Shown here one piece after another: positions 4,499-6,439 of a stretch of 6,439 nucleotides of DNA. The position numbers were made by a program, and so were the translations under genes. Source of the DNA: a virus (taxonomy: Duplodnaviria; Heunggongvirae; Uroviricota; Caudoviricetes); the IMG/VR virus record IMGVR_UViG_2695420565_000002, one strand, 5' to 3'. Position 1 is the first letter of the stretch; every line of letters starts with the position of its first letter. The notes beneath the pieces were generated by a model, which ran no database searches, had not been told where the DNA came from, and saw only the letters and a list, made by a program, of their open reading frames with translations.

Positions 4499-5206
4499 AT
4501 GGATTTGAATAAATTCGATGAGCCATTCAGCCCTGAAGATATCGAATGGCGAATACAGCAAAGCGGTAAAACACGCGATGGCAAAGTGTGGGCTATGGTG
4601 CTGGCTTATGTCACGAACCGGGCAATCATGAAACGCCTGGACGATGTTTGCGGCAAAGCAGGATGGCGCAATGAATACCGCGATATTCCCAACAACGGCG
4701 GCGTTGAATGCGGCATATCGATAAAGATTGATTCCGAATGGGTAACCAAATGGGATGCTGCTGAAAACACGCAGGTAGAAGCCGTCAAAGGTGGTCGTTC
4801 CGGTGCAATGAAGCGCGCTGCCGTTCAGTGGGGAATCGGTCGGTATCTGTATAACCTTGAGGAAGGTTTCGCACAAACATCTCTCGATAAAAAGCAGGGG
4901 TGGCACAGGGCAAAACTGAAGGATGGAACAGGATTTTACTGGCTACCTCCATCGCTGCCGGGATGGGCAATCCCAGCATCAGATAACAAACCATCACCAG
5001 AAAATACCAACCAGAAATCTCCATCGGTTGACTGCGAACAAATCCTGAAAGACTTCAGCGATTATGCATCAACAGAAACTGACAAGAAAAAACTCATAGA
5101 ACGTTATCAGCATGACTGGCAATTAATGGCTGGCAATGAGGATGCGCAGGCTAAATGCGTTCAGGTAATGAACATCAGAGTTAACGAACTAAAACAGGCG
5201 GCATAA
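4499..5206 (+). CDS. Rad52/Sak-type single-strand annealing protein (phage recombinase)
   Basis: 235 aa; motifs AYVTNRAIMKRLDDVCGKAGWRNEY and GAMKRAAVQWGIGRYLYNL match the Rad52-superfamily signature (ALKRxxxxFGIGRYLY) as I recall it; immediately followed by ssb. Confidence 0.8.
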   Translation: MDLNKFDEPFSPEDIEWRIQQSGKTRDGKVWAMVLAYVTNRAIMKRLDDVCGKAGWRNEYRDIPNNGGVECGISIKIDSEWVTKWDAAENTQVEAVKGGRSGAMKRAAVQWGIGRYLYNLEEGFAQTSLDKKQGWHRAKLKDGTGFYWLPPSLPGWAIPASDNKPSPENTNQKSPSVDCEQILKDFSDYASTETDKKKLIERYQHDWQLMAGNEDAQAKCVQVMNIRVNELKQAA

Positions 5207-5713
5207 ATGGCAAGCAGAGGCGTAAATAAGGTGATTATCCTTGGTCGGGTAGGACAAGACCCGGAAGTTCGATACTCACCATCAGGAACAGCGTTCGCTA
5301 ACCTGACAATAGCCACGTCAGAACAATGGCGAGATAAAAATACTGGCGAGCAAAAGGAATTGACTGAATGGCATCGTGTTGCTGTATCCGGGAAACTGGC
5401 TGAGGTCGTGGGGCAGTATGTGAAAAAAGGTGATCAGATTTATTTCGAGGGAATGCTGAGAACCAGAAAGTGGAAAGACCAGTCAGGGCAAGACCGTTAC
5501 ACAACCGAGGTTCATGTCGGAATTAATGGCGTGATGCAAATGCTTGGCGGCATTGGCGACAGCAAACAACAAGCAGCCAGCAGGCAATCACAGAAGCCAC
5601 AGCAGCAATCATCACCAGCACAACACAACGAACCTCCGATGGATTTTGACGACGATATACCCTTTGCACCAGTAACTCTCCCCTTCCCTCGTCACGCTAT
5701 TCACGCAATTTAA
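5207..5713 (+). CDS. ssb: Single-stranded DNA-binding protein SSB, with C-terminal extension beyond the DDDIPF motif
   Basis: N-terminal OB-fold region [23 protein letters not shown]...[15 protein letters not shown]...[19 protein letters not shown] closely parallels E. coli SSB; Gln/Pro-rich linker; [10 protein letters not shown] is followed by 15 more residues ([15 protein letters not shown]) before the stop. Confidence 0.93.
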   Translation: MASRGVNKVIILGRVGQDPEVRYSPSGTAFANLTIATSEQWRDKNTGEQKELTEWHRVAVSGKLAEVVGQYVKKGDQIYFEGMLRTRKWKDQSGQDRYTTEVHVGINGVMQMLGGIGDSKQQAASRQSQKPQQQSSPAQHNEPPMDFDDDIPFAPVTLPFPRHAIHAI

Positions 5714-5726
5714 TCAGGAGAAAATC

Positions 5727-6023
5727 ATGCCAGCGCCTCTGTATGGTGCGGATGACCCGCGCCGCTGTTCCGGCAATTCCGTATCGGAGGTGCTGGATAA
5801 ATTCAGAAAAAACTACGATCGGATAATGTCTCTACCGCAGGAAACGAAAGATGAAAAGGAATTTCGCCATTGTATATGGCTTGCAGAGAAAGAAGAACGA
5901 GAGCGAATTTACCAGACATCAATCCGACCATTCCGCAAAGCCACATATACCCACTTCCCTGAATATATCGACCCGCGCCTGCGTAATTACCGCTCACGCT
6001 ATGGCGCTATCAGTAATGACTGA
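5727..6023 (+). CDS. Hypothetical protein (98 aa)
   Basis: AGGAG SD 6 nt upstream of ATG 5727; basic, protein-like composition; no family recognised. Confidence 0.6.
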   Translation: MPAPLYGADDPRRCSGNSVSEVLDKFRKNYDRIMSLPQETKDEKEFRHCIWLAEKEERERIYQTSIRPFRKATYTHFPEYIDPRLRNYRSRYGAISND

Positions 6024-6033
6024 GGAATTTACC

Positions 6034-6198
6034 ATGAGAGGACTTGCATACAATCCCGGCATTCTTCCGGCAGAAATGATTATTCGCCAACGCGTAAAGC
6101 CAATGCCATCGAGAGAGGAATTGCTTAAGAGAAATAGTTTCTGTTCTGTTAATGACAACAAATATCTGAATGCAATGTGGCGGAGTGGGAAAAAATGA
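6034..6198 (+). CDS. Hypothetical small protein (54 aa)
   Basis: TGAGGAA SD 6 nt upstream of ATG 6034; the track's longer ORF (5851..6198) overlaps the upstream gene and lacks an SD at its start. Confidence 0.45.
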   Translation: MRGLAYNPGILPAEMIIRQRVKPMPSREELLKRNSFCSVNDNKYLNAMWRSGKK

Positions 6199-6320
6199 CA
6201 ATCACAAAACAACGTGTAGAAGAAATCATATCCCGCATTGAAATGTATGGGCATGGTGCAGGGTATACCGCTGACGAGGTTTATGACCTGGCTGTACTGG
6301 CGCTGAATTTATCAAATTGA
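6195..6320 (+). CDS. Hypothetical small protein (41 aa), possibly a gene fragment terminated by the IS terminal TGA
   Basis: ATG 6195 overlaps the upstream stop (ATGA); [41 protein letters not shown]; its stop TGA 6318..6320 coincides with the first three bases of the IS inverted repeat. Confidence 0.4.
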   Translation: MTITKQRVEEIISRIEMYGHGAGYTADEVYDLAVLALNLSN

Positions 6321-6439
6321 GGTAGCCTGAGTTTAACGGACACTCCTTCCTGAAATAGAATGGCATCAGAAGGAGCTAATAATGAGCAGAAAAACCCAAC
6401 GTTACTCTAAAGAGTTCAAAGCCGAAGCTGTCAGAACGG
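6318..6439 (+). mobile_element. Left end of a second IS3-family insertion sequence (IS600-like), partial; continues beyond window end
   Basis: TGAGGTAGCCTGAGTTTAACGGACACTCC... terminal repeat starting with TGA, then AAGGAG SD and orfA start MSRKTQRYSKEFKAEAVRT. The SxEFKxEAV motif is typical of IS3-family OrfA HTH proteins; the IS600 assignment is from memory. Confidence 0.7.
6382..6439 (+). CDS. IS3-family transposase OrfA, N-terminal 19 codons (partial)
   Basis: ATG 6382, AAGGAG SD with 6-nt spacer; MSRKTQRYSKEFKAEAVRT. Confidence 0.7.
   Translation, partial: MSRKTQRYSKEFKAEAVRT

Noticed and set aside
4463-4906. Minus-strand 147-aa ORF (and neighbouring minus-strand ORFs at 4318..4584, 4606..4788, 4785..5024, 5298..5504, 5803..6254)
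   Set aside because: All are antisense to the recognisable SSAP/SSB genes or well-signalled plus-strand genes, lack ribosome-binding sites, and have Cys/Ser/Phe/Pro-biased composition typical of non-coding frames.
5851-6198. 115-aa plus-strand ORF
   Set aside because: Its 5' part overlaps the 5727..6023 gene in another frame; only the segment from ATG 6034 has a ribosome-binding site.

Overview
This window reads as a roughly 6.2 kb fragment of the early region of a lambdoid (lambda-like) prophage, bracketed at both ends by two different IS3-family insertion sequences (IS boundaries at about 88 and 6318). No large, obviously novel multi-gene system is visible. On the minus strand sit the replication/lysogeny-establishment genes in lambda order: cro-like (1141..1356), nutR, cII (743..1024), an unannotated 53-aa ORF, and an O-like replication initiator (60..560) containing ori iterons and an AT-rich region. 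The O reading frame runs into the inverted repeat of an IS629-like element and is truncated. On the plus strand sit cI (1473..2126), a terminator, pL and nutL, N (2549..2881), orf28, ral, several small unknown genes, a cIII-like gene, a Rad52-type single-strand annealing protein (4499..5206), SSB (5207..5713) and three small ORFs, the last ending on the terminal TGA of an IS600-like element. The region is mosaic: pL/nutL/N/ral/nutR and the cI C-terminal domain match phage lambda from memory, while the cI N-terminal domain, cro, the operators and the recombination module are not lambda's. All lambda and IS comparisons are recalled, not searched, and need alignment to confirm. The most interesting points are the IS-disrupted O/ori, an OOP-like antisense terminator inside the cII 3' end, SSB with a 15-residue extension past the DDDIPF tip, and a cluster of small unknown early-left genes.
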